DNA of 64,000 nt from an uncultured Verrucomicrobiae bacterium (lineage in GTDB: Bacteria; Verrucomicrobiota; Verrucomicrobiia; Chthoniobacterales; JAATET01): the NCBI GenBank assembly GCA_963719495.1, contig CAVRCI010000014.1:1-64000 (forward strand), in the 5' to 3' direction. The notes under the pieces were generated by a model. The model searched no databases and had not been told where the DNA came from. It saw only the letters and a list, made by a program, of their open reading frames with translations. The position numbers and the translations under genes were made by a program. Position 1 is the stretch's first letter; every line of letters begins with the position of its first letter. Below are positions 48,489-58,356 of this stretch, in pieces.

Positions 48489-49120
48489 AAAAGCGACCCA
48501 AACCGAAAGCGATCCGCATTTTGCTCGCCGACGATCATCCCGTGGTCACGCAGGGCCTGGCCGCGATCATCGCGACCTCGCCAGGGTTGGAGGTCGTCGG
48601 CACCGCCTGCGACGGAGCGGAAGCAATCCGGATGGTCGACGAGTTGCGACCCGACGCCCTCATCCTCGATCTTCGCATGCCCGGAATGGACGGCTTCGAA
48701 GTCGTCAAGCGCTTGATCGAAGCATCGGTGCCGACGGGAATTCTGATCATGACGACCTACGACACCGACGAAGACATCTGGCGTTGCCTCAAAGCCGGCG
48801 CAAAAGGCTACCTGCTCAAGGATGCCAGCCAGCCCGAGATCGTGGCCGCCATCCGGACGGTGGCGGCTGGGGGATCGGTCACGGCGCCGTCGCTCACGGC
48901 GAAGATCGTCCGCCGGGCGAACGCCCGGGAGCTGACGGACCGCGAATCAGCCGTGCTGGAACACATCGCGGCTGGGCGAACGAACAAGGAAATTGCGATG
49001 GCGCTGGAGATCGGAGAGGGCACGGTCAAAACGCACGTCAAACACCTGTTGGAGAAATTAGAGGCGACGACCCGCACCGAAGCCGCGCGAAATGCTCGGT
49101 TGCGCGGTCTGGTGGAATGA
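48485..49120 (+). CDS. NarL/LuxR-family response regulator
   Basis: ADDH, LDLRMPGMDG, GYLLK and LTDRE...NKEIA...TVKTHV. Confidence 0.95.
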   Translation: MKKRPKPKAIRILLADDHPVVTQGLAAIIATSPGLEVVGTACDGAEAIRMVDELRPDALILDLRMPGMDGFEVVKRLIEASVPTGILIMTTYDTDEDIWRCLKAGAKGYLLKDASQPEIVAAIRTVAAGGSVTAPSLTAKIVRRANARELTDRESAVLEHIAAGRTNKEIAMALEIGEGTVKTHVKHLLEKLEATTRTEAARNARLRGLVE

Positions 49121-49240
49121 TCCCACCGAACTCGACTATCTCTCAAGACACGAACGCTTGGCTTTCCCCCAATCGGGGGAGTTGGACCTCTTCCGAGTGC
49201 TTGGGCGACGGCTCGGAAGGCGGGCGTTACGGTCGAGGGC

Positions 49241-49723
49241 ATGGCAACTCGGAAGGCAGTCAGAAAGCTGGGACTCGCCGCTCTAGCTCCCACCGGGTTA
49301 AGGTGGACCGAGGACGTGGGCATCCTCGGATTGCGGGTCGCAGCCGGGTCCATGATCGCGGTCTTCCACGGTTGGCACAAACTGACGCAGGGACTGGCGT
49401 TCCTGAGAGACGGTTCGTCCTGGCCGCTGCTGGCCGACGTGGAGGCGCTGGGGTTGCCGGGGCCGATATTCGGGGCATTCGCCGCGACGATTACGCAACT
49501 CGTCGGGGGAATCTGCGTGACGGTTGGATTCCTGACCCGTCCGGCGGCATTGGCGATCTTCGGCTCATTGACAGTGGCCGTCTTCGCGAACGTGGCTATG
49601 GGGGACGATCCGCAGTTGGCGGCGGTTTATGCGGTGATGTTCGCCGCCTTGACGTTGATCGGGGGCGGGCGCTGGTCGATCGATGCCGTGGTCTTCGGAA
49701 GGGGAAAATATGGAGCGATCTAA
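49241..49723 (+). CDS. DoxX-family membrane protein
   Basis: LRV..G.....HGWHK, GFLTRPAA and GGGRWSID. Confidence 0.88.
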   Translation: MATRKAVRKLGLAALAPTGLRWTEDVGILGLRVAAGSMIAVFHGWHKLTQGLAFLRDGSSWPLLADVEALGLPGPIFGAFAATITQLVGGICVTVGFLTRPAALAIFGSLTVAVFANVAMGDDPQLAAVYAVMFAALTLIGGGRWSIDAVVFGRGKYGAI

Positions 49724-51314
49724 GAGCGAAGCGGGGCCGAAGGGCGGGAGTGCATTTGCCCCTCTGCGGAACCCGCTCTTTCGAGCGTTGTGGATCGCGA
49801 CAGTCGTGTCGAATGTCGGGACGTGGATGCAAAACGTCGGGGCGTCGTGGCTGATGACCTCGCTGGCTCCCTCGCCGACGATGGTCGCGTTGGTGCAGGC
49901 TGCAACGAGTTTGCCGATGTTTTTTCTCGCCCTTCCAGCTGGTGCGCTGGCGGACGTGCTCGACCGTCGGAAGGTCTATATGTGGACGCAAGGGTGGATG
50001 GCGGCGACGGCGCTTCTGCTCGCAGTGTCGACAGCGATGGGGTGGATGAATGCGTGGACGTTGCTGGCATTCACGTTTGCTCTGGGCATCGGCGTGGCGC
50101 TCAACACGCCGGCGTCTCAGGCGATCACGCCGGAGCTGGTGTCGCGGGAAGATCTGCCCTCAGCTATCGCGCTCAGTAGCGCGGGCTTCAACGTTGCGCG
50201 GGCGATCGGCCCGGCGGTGGGTGGAATCCTGGTGGCGGTGACGGGCCCGGCGGCGAATTTTGCCTTGAACGGGGTTTCATTTCTCGGAGCGCTCGTCGTG
50301 ATCTACCGTTGGCGACGGGAGCCGAGGTCAAGCGTTCTTCCTGCGGAGCGCTTGATCGGGGCAATGCGAGCGGGTGCGCGATTCGTCTTCCATGCGCCTG
50401 CGTTGCAGACGGTGCTAGTGCGGGCAGTTGTCTTCATCCTCGCTGGGACAGCGCTGTGGGCGCTGCTGCCGCTGATCGCGCGGGAGGAGCTCGGGATGGG
50501 GCCGCTGGGCTACGGCCTTCTTCTGGGGTGTCTCGGGGCCGGCGCTTTGGCGGGTGCGATCGTGTTGCCGAGGGCGCGCGGGAAAGTTTCGGTGGATGAG
50601 CTGGTGGTGGGATCGACGGTGATCTTTGCGGGGGTGACGGTGGCGGTCGGGTTTTTGCAAAACCCGTGGGTGCTGGGGGTCGTGATGTTTTTCGGCGGTA
50701 GCGCGTGGCTGGCCGTGCTGTCGAGTCTGAACGTGGCGACTCAATCGTCGATTCCGTCCTGGGTGCGGGCGCGGGCGTTGGCGGTTTACCTGCTGGTTTT
50801 CTTGGGAAGCATGGCCTTCGGGAGCGTCCTGTGGGGGGCGGTCGCGGGAGCGGTGGGGATCCCGGTGGCGCTGGCGATCTCGGCCGGGGCGCTGGTGGTG
50901 GGATTGGTGGCCACGCCGTGGTTTCGATTGGCGGCGGGGGATGGAGTGGACTTCACGCCATCCGGGCACTGGGCGCAGCCGGTCGTGCTGGGCGAGCCAC
51001 CTCTGGAGGGCACGCCGGTGCTGGTGTCGGTGGAATACGAGGTCGAGCCGGAGCGAGGCTACGAGTTCGCGGAACTGATGCGGACTTTGCGGCATCACCG
51101 GCTGAGGGATGGCGCGATCCGGTGGGAGCTTTTCCACGATGCGGCGGCACCTGGGATTTTCGTCGAGGCTTTCCTGGTCGAGTCCTGGGTGGAACATTTA
51201 CGTCAGCATGAGCGAGCGACGGCGAGTGACAGGGAGTATCACGAACGGGCGCGGGCCTATCATGTGGGGGAGAAGCCACCTGTCGTGAAACACCTCCTAG
51301 CGAACCGGAATTGA
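49710..51314 (+). CDS. MFS transporter (MFS_3/DUF894) with C-terminal soluble domain
   Basis: FRALWIATVVSNVGTWMQ, GALADVLDRR, ARAIGPAVGG and W.EHLRQHER. Confidence 0.9.
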   Translation: MERSKSEAGPKGGSAFAPLRNPLFRALWIATVVSNVGTWMQNVGASWLMTSLAPSPTMVALVQAATSLPMFFLALPAGALADVLDRRKVYMWTQGWMAATALLLAVSTAMGWMNAWTLLAFTFALGIGVALNTPASQAITPELVSREDLPSAIALSSAGFNVARAIGPAVGGILVAVTGPAANFALNGVSFLGALVVIYRWRREPRSSVLPAERLIGAMRAGARFVFHAPALQTVLVRAVVFILAGTALWALLPLIAREELGMGPLGYGLLLGCLGAGALAGAIVLPRARGKVSVDELVVGSTVIFAGVTVAVGFLQNPWVLGVVMFFGGSAWLAVLSSLNVATQSSIPSWVRARALAVYLLVFLGSMAFGSVLWGAVAGAVGIPVALAISAGALVVGLVATPWFRLAAGDGVDFTPSGHWAQPVVLGEPPLEGTPVLVSVEYEVEPERGYEFAELMRTLRHHRLRDGAIRWELFHDAAAPGIFVEAFLVESWVEHLRQHERATASDREYHERARAYHVGEKPPVVKHLLANRN

Positions 51315-51491
51315 ATCCACCCAACGACTCCCGGTGCACCGTCCGAGAGTCGGTTGCGTTCGATGGAAAGAGCCGTTGAAATGGTGGCAGGAATCGGGCT
51401 TATGAAGTCGAATGAAGTTTTGAGTTAGCGAATGGTTTAGGGATCTCGCAATAAGTTGGTGATTACGACAATTGGAAGCCGAGCTGGTCTA

Positions 51492-51505
51492 TGCATCCAA
51501 TTGCA
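51492..51505. promoter_or_regulatory. Operator-like site TGCATCCAATTGCA
   Basis: Same motif as at 21606, about 55 bp upstream of the GH9 start. Confidence 0.6.
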
Positions 51506-51559
51506 CCATTCTCGCGCTGACTGAATGAGGGAAGCGGGCAAGGGTGGCCGTTCTCTCTT

Positions 51560-54031
51560 ATGAAAATCCCCTTCCCCCGCCGTTTGGTCGGCTCCGTTTT
51601 TGCGTTCCTGCCTCTACTTTGCCTGCTGCCGGATGCGGTCGGTCAGGAGCCCGCGCCGGGCGCGCCCGTCGTCGAGCGGGTGAGCACGATCTCGCCAGAT
51701 CTCCTTGCAATCGAAATCATCGACGGGGAGCGGCGCCAGTTTCCCGGCGAGCCCTACGTGGCGCAGCCGGATGACGAGATCAAATACGAGGGCGAGGAAG
51801 TCCTTGTCCTGGAAGAGGGCGAGATGAAGACGCGGGGGATCAACCGCCAGCTCTACCGCCGGGTCGATGGTCGCAAGCAGTTGGTCGGCTATATCGTCGG
51901 CGGGCGGGACGGGGAGCCGCAGTTTCAGCCCAGCGAGCAGCGGGTGGGCGAGCCGCTCGACGTCGGTGCGGCCGAGGAAAAGAAGTCCTACCGGGTCGCC
52001 GGCAAGACGCCAGCGGAGGTCCATCGCAAGACGAAGCCGATCGACCGGCTGCAGCCGAACAACGAGCAGATCTTCCGCCACGTGATTTACCTGAAGCTGG
52101 CGGAGCCGCTGACGGAGGGCGAGACGGTGAAGATCGATTTTCCGGGACTGGCGCTCGACCAGCCGACGATGAATTTCACCTACGACTCGAAGAAGGTGCG
52201 GAGCGAGGCGATCCACGCAAGCCTGCTGGGATACCGTCCGGACGATCCGTTCAAGCGCGCCTACCTCAGCATCTGGCTCGGGACCGGCGGGGCGTATTCG
52301 TTCGACGGTGTCGACAAGTTCGAGCTGCTGGACGCCGCGACCGGCGAGGCGGTTTTCGAGGGGAAGGTCGAGGAATTGATGGCCGCCGACGGGACGGAGA
52401 AGCTGCGGTTGGAGAAAAACTATTCGATGACGGCGGTTTACGGACTGGATTTTTCGGAGTTCGATCAGCCGGGCGAGCATCTCGTGCACGTGCCGGGGGT
52501 GGGGGTTTCGGACCCGGTGCGGATCGCGGACGACGTGTGGACGGAGGCATTCAAGGTCTCGATGCGCGGTCTGCTGCATAACCGCAGTGGGATTCACCTG
52601 GAGAAGCCGTGGTCGGAATTTGACCGTCCCCGGGACTTCCACCCGGACGACGGGGTCAAGGTCTTTCAGTCGAAGGTTGGTTTCGAGGAGGGAAATTTTT
52701 TCTCGGGCGATAGCTGGTTCAAGTTGCTGACGGATACGCGAACCGACGAGGTGGTGCCCGACGCCTGGGGCGGCTACCACGACGCCGCGGACTTCGACCG
52801 CTACTCGCGGCACATCATCATCCCCTACCTCAACCTCGAACTCTACGAGATGTTCCCCGAGACCGTCGGCGGGATCAAACTGGCGCTGCCTCCGGACGAA
52901 GCCGGCGACAACGTGCCGGACATTCTCAACGAGGCCCAATGGGGACTCGCAGTCTGGAAACGCCTTCAGACGGAGGACGGCGGCATCCGCACCGGAATCG
53001 AATCATCCGCGCACCCGCGTCCGGCCGAGACGAGTTGGGAGGATTCCCTCGTGCTCATGGCCTACCACCCGGAGCCGTCTGGCACCTGGCTCTACGCCGG
53101 GACGGCGGCGAAATACGCCCGCGCGATCAAGCCCTTCGACGAAGCCCAGGCCAACGACTACGCCGACAGCGCGGAGCGGGCGTTCACGTGGGCGGAGTCG
53201 AACATCGGGCCGTTCATGAAATCGGATCCGAAATTCAACGATGGTTTCGAAGCTCTGCAGCGGAAGCCGCGCGCGTTGGCGGCCGTTGAACTCTATGCGC
53301 TCACGAACGACGAAAAGTATCACGAGATCTTCAAGGAGGCGTCGGGGATTACTGGCGGCCAGGTCCCCGACGGGGACGAGATGCACGCCGCGCTCTTCAC
53401 CTACGCGAACCTGCCGGACGAGTTGGGCGATGAGAAATTCAAGGCTAAGGCGACGAAATTGCTCACCAACAGCGCGGATCGCGCGTTGCGCTTTGCCGAG
53501 GGGAATTCGTTTGGTCTCACGACACCCTACCCCGGACTCCCGGAGATGGGGCCGGTCGGTTACTTCAGCACGCCGGAGATGACGACGCGCGTGCTACCGC
53601 GCGCGCACTACCTCACCCACAAGGAAAAATACCTGGCGGGCGCGGTCCGGGCGGCCAACTTCTCGCTTGGGGCCAACCCCGACAACATGACGTTCACCAC
53701 GGGCGTGGGTCAACGCCACCCCGAAAATCCGATGCACTTCGACTCGCGTTGGAGTCAGCAGCCAGCCCCGTCGGGAATCACGATTTACGGCCAGTCCGAT
53801 CCCGCCCGGAACGACAAGTTCAACGCCTGGGTGCACAAGTTCTTCCTGAAAAAGATGGTGCCTGAGAGCCTGGAATGGCCCGCCACCGAAGCGCACGTCG
53901 ACGACTTCATGTGGCCGATGATGAGCGAGTTCACCGTCTGGCAAAACATCGCGCCGACGTCGTATTACTGGGGCTACCTCGCCGCTCGCGAGGCGGAGAA
54001 CAAGAAGCCCGAAGAGCCGAAGAGCGAGTGA
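51560..54031 (+). CDS. Secreted GH9 glycoside hydrolase with Ig-like domains
   Basis: Signal peptide, LGYRP, DFSEFDQPG, GGYHDAADFD, PDILNEA.WGL, LGANP....TTGVG...P..PMH and EFTVWQN. Confidence 0.88.
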   Translation: MKIPFPRRLVGSVFAFLPLLCLLPDAVGQEPAPGAPVVERVSTISPDLLAIEIIDGERRQFPGEPYVAQPDDEIKYEGEEVLVLEEGEMKTRGINRQLYRRVDGRKQLVGYIVGGRDGEPQFQPSEQRVGEPLDVGAAEEKKSYRVAGKTPAEVHRKTKPIDRLQPNNEQIFRHVIYLKLAEPLTEGETVKIDFPGLALDQPTMNFTYDSKKVRSEAIHASLLGYRPDDPFKRAYLSIWLGTGGAYSFDGVDKFELLDAATGEAVFEGKVEELMAADGTEKLRLEKNYSMTAVYGLDFSEFDQPGEHLVHVPGVGVSDPVRIADDVWTEAFKVSMRGLLHNRSGIHLEKPWSEFDRPRDFHPDDGVKVFQSKVGFEEGNFFSGDSWFKLLTDTRTDEVVPDAWGGYHDAADFDRYSRHIIIPYLNLELYEMFPETVGGIKLALPPDEAGDNVPDILNEAQWGLAVWKRLQTEDGGIRTGIESSAHPRPAETSWEDSLVLMAYHPEPSGTWLYAGTAAKYARAIKPFDEAQANDYADSAERAFTWAESNIGPFMKSDPKFNDGFEALQRKPRALAAVELYALTNDEKYHEIFKEASGITGGQVPDGDEMHAALFTYANLPDELGDEKFKAKATKLLTNSADRALRFAEGNSFGLTTPYPGLPEMGPVGYFSTPEMTTRVLPRAHYLTHKEKYLAGAVRAANFSLGANPDNMTFTTGVGQRHPENPMHFDSRWSQQPAPSGITIYGQSDPARNDKFNAWVHKFFLKKMVPESLEWPATEAHVDDFMWPMMSEFTVWQNIAPTSYYWGYLAAREAENKKPEEPKSE

Positions 54032-54063
54032 ACCGAGCGGCTTGGTCCGCGACGGCTCCAGTG

Positions 54064-54222
54064 GGGTGTGATTGCGAAAAAGGTCAAAGGGGCGAGACGA
54101 AGAAAATGGCACCGCGGCGATTGAGGACGGCCGGCGCGGCGCGACCAGCCCCACCCAATAGGGTAGGGAACGTCGCGCCGCGCGTTCCCTCGCCCTCTCT
54201 GCCCACTTTCGCAATCGCGCCC
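54064..54222. mobile_element. 159-bp MITE, copy 2 (inverted relative to copy 1)
   Basis: GGGTGTGATTGCGAAA ... TTTCGCAATCGCGCCC, flanked by GCTCCAGTG (54055-54063) and GCTCCACTG (54223-54231), an 8/9 match. Confidence 0.88.
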
Positions 54223-54343
54223 GCTCCACTGGTCGACGGACGAGCGGGTAACCGTGCAACGAATAGCACCGATATTTAGTGGCTTTGGGTTTCGCTTCGC
54301 GAGAGGATCATTTCACCCCTCATAACCCTCAAATCCCCCCAAA

Positions 54344-55075
54344 ATGAAAACCCTCGGAAACCCATCATCCCTCGCCCTCGTTTTATCCGCCAAATCGGTC
54401 GGACGTTTCATGATCCTGTCGGCCTGCTTGCTCGCTGCTGCGACCGTCGAAGCCGGACCCGTGATCATCGATTTTGGGACCGATCCGGGCAAGGTTTCCG
54501 CTCCGGCGGACGCGTTCGACTACCCCTTTGGCGACGTCACTTCGACCCGCTCATTCTCCGCCGACGCTTACAACGTGAGCGGGAGCTTTCCGGCGACCTT
54601 CAATGTCGCCGGGGTCGGGGTTGGCGGCGACTTCAACAACAAATCGCTGATCGGCGACGTCCCATTTCCCGCCGTTAGCCTCACGGAATTCCTCACCCTC
54701 GAAGGTCAGTCCAGCACTCCGACGATCTCGCTGTTCGCATTTCGCGTGATTCTGCTGGCGGTCGGCGGGGCCACCAGTGAGTGGGAATTCGTCTCCTCCG
54801 GCCAGATGCCCTTTGGCAGCAGCATCTCGAGCGTCCAGGCCACCACTGATCTGGCCAACCCCGTTGCGAGCAGTTCCGGCGGGTTCTTGTTTGGCGCGAG
54901 CACGCTCGATCAGATCCAGATCTTCGTGCAAAACTCAGATACCCCGGCGTCGTTCGCCTACAGCATCGACAACATCTCGATCACGGCGGTGCCGGAGGCG
55001 TCCACGCTGGCTTGTCTCGGGATTGCGCTGGTCGTCGTGGCTGGTTTCCGGCTGCGCCGGGTTCGCCAGAGCTAA
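54344..55075 (+). CDS. PEP-CTERM-type exported protein (VPEA variant)
   Basis: Signal peptide and C-terminal AVPEAST + hydrophobic helix + RLRRVR. Confidence 0.85.
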   Translation: MKTLGNPSSLALVLSAKSVGRFMILSACLLAAATVEAGPVIIDFGTDPGKVSAPADAFDYPFGDVTSTRSFSADAYNVSGSFPATFNVAGVGVGGDFNNKSLIGDVPFPAVSLTEFLTLEGQSSTPTISLFAFRVILLAVGGATSEWEFVSSGQMPFGSSISSVQATTDLANPVASSSGGFLFGASTLDQIQIFVQNSDTPASFAYSIDNISITAVPEASTLACLGIALVVVAGFRLRRVRQS

Positions 55076-55294
55076 GGCATACGAAGCGCGCGGTGGGAGA
55101 AAGTGCGCTGTCTCTTTTCACCGAATGGATGAGAGCGTTCGCGCATTTGCGTTGATCAATGGGGCCAAGCGCTCGTCGAGGATGGGACCGTCCCTTTCGA
55201 CGGGGCGGGCGATGTTTCGCGTCGCGTCGTTGCGGCTGCGCTAGTATTGATTTGCGGAAGGTTCCCGCCCGTTCGCTCCCTTTCCATCCCTTCC

Positions 55295-56326
55295 ATGTCC
55301 GACAGAAATCCCAAGCGACCGATCACGATGCGAGATATCGCGACCGATCTCGGGGTCGCCCAATCAACCGTCTCGCGAGCGCTGAGCAGTGATCCGCGCA
55401 TCTCCGAACCGATGCGGGTGAAGGTGAAGGCGGCGGCTGAGCGCCTGGGATATCGACCGAATCCGTTCGTGGCCGCGTTCACGGCGCAGGTGCGATCCTA
55501 CCGGCACTCGCCGGAGGGGGCGACCATCGCTATTCTCCACTGTGGTCCGCGGGATGAGAAGGACGCGGATCTTTACACGACGGGAGCCCGGGAACGCGCG
55601 GAGGCACTTGGATTCGGCGTCGAAGTCTTCTGGTTCGAGGATTTGGCGAGGTCGGAGCAGACGTTGAAGCGGATGTTGTGGACGCGTTCGATTCCAGGGT
55701 TGCTGATTCTCCCGGTGCCGAGCGGTTTCGATTTCTCCGGGATGCCGCTGGACCATCTCGCGATCTCCACCGTTGATCCGAGTCTACAGCGACCGATGCT
55801 CCATCGGGCGACGCCGGATTACTTTCAGGCCATGCGGCTGACCTTGGGCACGCTCGTCGAGCGGGGATACCAGCGGATTGCGGTTTGCACGTTCCCGCAG
55901 GAGATGGATCGCATCGGAGCGCGCTGGGTGGGGGCGCAACTCTACTGGCAGTTTCGGCACAAGCTGCCGAGGATCGACCCTCACGTCGTGGATCCGAAGT
56001 GGGATCGGGGCCGGTTTGAAAAATGGTTCGCTCGCGCCCGACCGGAGGTGCTCGTGTCGAATCTCCCCATCATCCACCGCTGGCTGTCGGAGATGGGTCT
56101 GAAGTTGCCGAAGGACGTCGGGTTCGTCGGACTCTACCCGCGTCACGAGGGCGATCTGGACATGGCCAGGATCGATCAGCGCACGAACGAGGTGGCCGCG
56201 GCCGCCATCGATCTCATCGTGGGCCAGATTCATCGTAACGAATACGGACAGCCGGACGTTGCGAAGTCGGTCTCCGTGCTGGCCAACTGGGTGGACGGAC
56301 CGACGATTCGAGCTTCGGCGGAGTAG
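55295..56326 (+). CDS. LacI-family transcriptional regulator
   Basis: TMRDIATDLGVAQSTVSRAL, AERLGYRPNP, GYQRIA and LPKDVGF. Confidence 0.93.
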   Translation: MSDRNPKRPITMRDIATDLGVAQSTVSRALSSDPRISEPMRVKVKAAAERLGYRPNPFVAAFTAQVRSYRHSPEGATIAILHCGPRDEKDADLYTTGARERAEALGFGVEVFWFEDLARSEQTLKRMLWTRSIPGLLILPVPSGFDFSGMPLDHLAISTVDPSLQRPMLHRATPDYFQAMRLTLGTLVERGYQRIAVCTFPQEMDRIGARWVGAQLYWQFRHKLPRIDPHVVDPKWDRGRFEKWFARARPEVLVSNLPIIHRWLSEMGLKLPKDVGFVGLYPRHEGDLDMARIDQRTNEVAAAAIDLIVGQIHRNEYGQPDVAKSVSVLANWVDGPTIRASAE

Positions 56327-56347
56327 CTCGGGCGGCTCGGGGTGCCG

Positions 56348-58195
56348 TCAGAGCGAGATCCGGCAGGACCCGGCGGGGGTGTCGAGAGTCAGCGAAGTCT
56401 CGCCGAGTGGCAGCGATCCCCAGCGCGTCGCGATGCGGGCACCGAGTGTGTTCACGGGGAGACCACCGATGGTGGGTCCCCGCGAATGGGTCACGCCGAC
56501 GCGGTCGCTCTCGCCAAGAACGACCGCCGAGAGTTCTTCGTCGTTCCACGCCGGGGCGCATTGCCGGGCTGCGTTTTGAAAGGCGGAGAATGACGCATCG
56601 GTCGTTGGATCGCCGATGACGGCGAAGATCGCGCACCGGGGAGCGTCGATCACGGCTTCGCATCCGGCCCAGAAACCAGTCGAGGTGAAGGTCGGCGGCG
56701 AGGAGCACCAGATGGCCCCGTATCCCGAGCCGTGTTGCAGGAAGATCCAGTGATCGGAGGTGATGACCTCATCGAAGGCTGGCTTCGGCAGAAACAAGTG
56801 GACCCACGGCAGCGGGTCGTTCGGTGGAACGTCGTAGATCAGAAAGGCCGCACGCCCGCGCCCGTAGCCGCGCGGATGGTGGGCGTTGCCCTGCCAGTAG
56901 CCGGGGCGGAGTTCGCCGGGGTGGCCCGGCGGCATGTTGGCGTGGCCCCAGAACCAAGGCGTCCCGTCGGCGCGGCGTGGCGCGGCATCGAGGCCCGGCG
57001 TGGAGTCGCGGTAATGAGCGAGGCCGTCGGTGAGGTTCTTGTGCTGGCGGCCCTGGTCGCGAAGGACCCAGGTGTGGGAGTTCTCCAGCGATGGGTGGTT
57101 GGAAAAGACGAGCGCGGATTCGCCGAGAGTCATCTGCCAGATTTGCTCCGAGTAGCCTCCCTCGCCGCCGGGGGTATTCGTGATCGAGAGCATGGCGTGG
57201 GGCAGTCGGTGATTGTGTTTGCCAATGTGGTCGTCGGGGTTCGTCTGATCCGTCCAGAGACCGACCCGGTGCGTGGTCCCGCTCTCGTCGGGAGCACCCG
57301 ACCGCGCGATCCAGGCGACGGGGGCCGGGGGGCGGTAAGCGCTGGTGGCGGCCTGGAGCACGCCGCCGATGAAGTTCAGGTTGAACGGTGCGTCGAGGTA
57401 TTCGAGACCGAACCAGAGGTAGTGCAGGGGGCGGGAGGGACTCTCCCGGAGATCCATCCGGTAGACGGAATACGATCGCCGCGCCGCGCCGGCCACGCTG
57501 CCGCGGAAGCTGTCCAGTGCCTCGTCGAGCGCGAAGAGGTCGAGCGCGGCGTGGGCGTGCGAGCGGATGCGCGGATCGTCGGAGAAATCGTAGAGGTTGA
57601 GCAGCGCGAGGAGATTTACGTTGTAGTAAATGTCCGCGCCCCACTCGCCGCTTCCGCGTCGCACCCAGTCGTCGATCCACGCGAGGATGCCGTCGCGGGA
57701 GGTCTCGCGTGATTCGGGCACTTCGGCGTGGGGCCACGTCTGGAGGGTGAGATGGTGGGCGGCGAGGTGGAGAAGATTGTGGTTCTCGGAGAGATCGCCG
57801 AAATGAAAGAGGAAGCCCCGCGCCGTGGCGGCGATGCGTTCCCAGACCGGGTCACCGGGAAGGTGCTTCTCGCGGTAGAGGAACCACGCCCGGATCAACG
57901 GATGGAGGGCGAAGTCGGCGAGGTGCCACTTGTCCTCCGGATTGGCGCGTTCCCCGGCGAGGTTTTCATCGATCATGTCGAGCGTCCCATTCAGGAGGTC
58001 GCGCCCCCGCGTGAGGTCCTCGCCAAAAGCGAAAAACGCCAGGCCGTGAACGTCGAAACCGCTGTAAGGACCCCATTGGGTCGTCAGATCGCGGGCGGAA
58101 CCTTCCGACGCGACGAAGTGCAGGAAGGCGTCCGCTCGGTCGCAGAACGCGTCGTTTGAATTGGCGGGAGGTGGGATGGTTGGCGGCGGGTTCAC
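56348..58195 (-). CDS. Hypothetical protein, possible helical-toroid carbohydrate enzyme
   Basis: Long ORF with SENH, GSGEW...YY and LLNLYDF in a helical N-half and a beta-rich C-half. GTG 58195 inferred. Confidence 0.6.
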   Translation of the reverse strand: MNPPPTIPPPANSNDAFCDRADAFLHFVASEGSARDLTTQWGPYSGFDVHGLAFFAFGEDLTRGRDLLNGTLDMIDENLAGERANPEDKWHLADFALHPLIRAWFLYREKHLPGDPVWERIAATARGFLFHFGDLSENHNLLHLAAHHLTLQTWPHAEVPESRETSRDGILAWIDDWVRRGSGEWGADIYYNVNLLALLNLYDFSDDPRIRSHAHAALDLFALDEALDSFRGSVAGAARRSYSVYRMDLRESPSRPLHYLWFGLEYLDAPFNLNFIGGVLQAATSAYRPPAPVAWIARSGAPDESGTTHRVGLWTDQTNPDDHIGKHNHRLPHAMLSITNTPGGEGGYSEQIWQMTLGESALVFSNHPSLENSHTWVLRDQGRQHKNLTDGLAHYRDSTPGLDAAPRRADGTPWFWGHANMPPGHPGELRPGYWQGNAHHPRGYGRGRAAFLIYDVPPNDPLPWVHLFLPKPAFDEVITSDHWIFLQHGSGYGAIWCSSPPTFTSTGFWAGCEAVIDAPRCAIFAVIGDPTTDASFSAFQNAARQCAPAWNDEELSAVVLGESDRVGVTHSRGPTIGGLPVNTLGARIATRWGSLPLGETSLTLDTPAGSCRISL

Positions 58196-58252
58196 GGGGA
58201 GTGGAAACGTGGAGAATACTGGAAGCCTCCGGATTCGGAGCATCCCGCGTGG

Positions 58253-58294
58253 TGCAATTCGATGTTCAGCGTTGCGAGCGCGCATCCAAATGCA
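58253..58294. promoter_or_regulatory. Two operator-like sites
   Basis: TGCAATTCGATGTT (58253-58266) and CGCATCCAAATGCA (58281-58294) lie between divergent genes. Confidence 0.55.
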
Positions 58295-58356
58295 CGCCGC
58301 CGCTCTCGGGTTATCCCGCCCGTGGGGCGAGCGTCCTCGTTCCTCCTTGAATATCC

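Noticed and set aside
51314..51480. tRNA remnant or att site at an island boundary (TGGTGGCAGGAATCGGG)
   Set aside because: No cloverleaf or T-loop match, no partner repeat and no integrase seen. The stretch is only somewhat AT-rich.
54028..54037. GTGAACCGAG, the reverse complement of the sequence flanking MITE copy 1
   Set aside because: Only 10 bp and not adjacent to the TIR. Copy 2 has its own target duplication, so this is probably chance.
28569..54222. Composite transposon bounded by the two inverted MITE copies
   Set aside because: Each copy has its own distinct 9-bp duplication, which indicates independent insertions.
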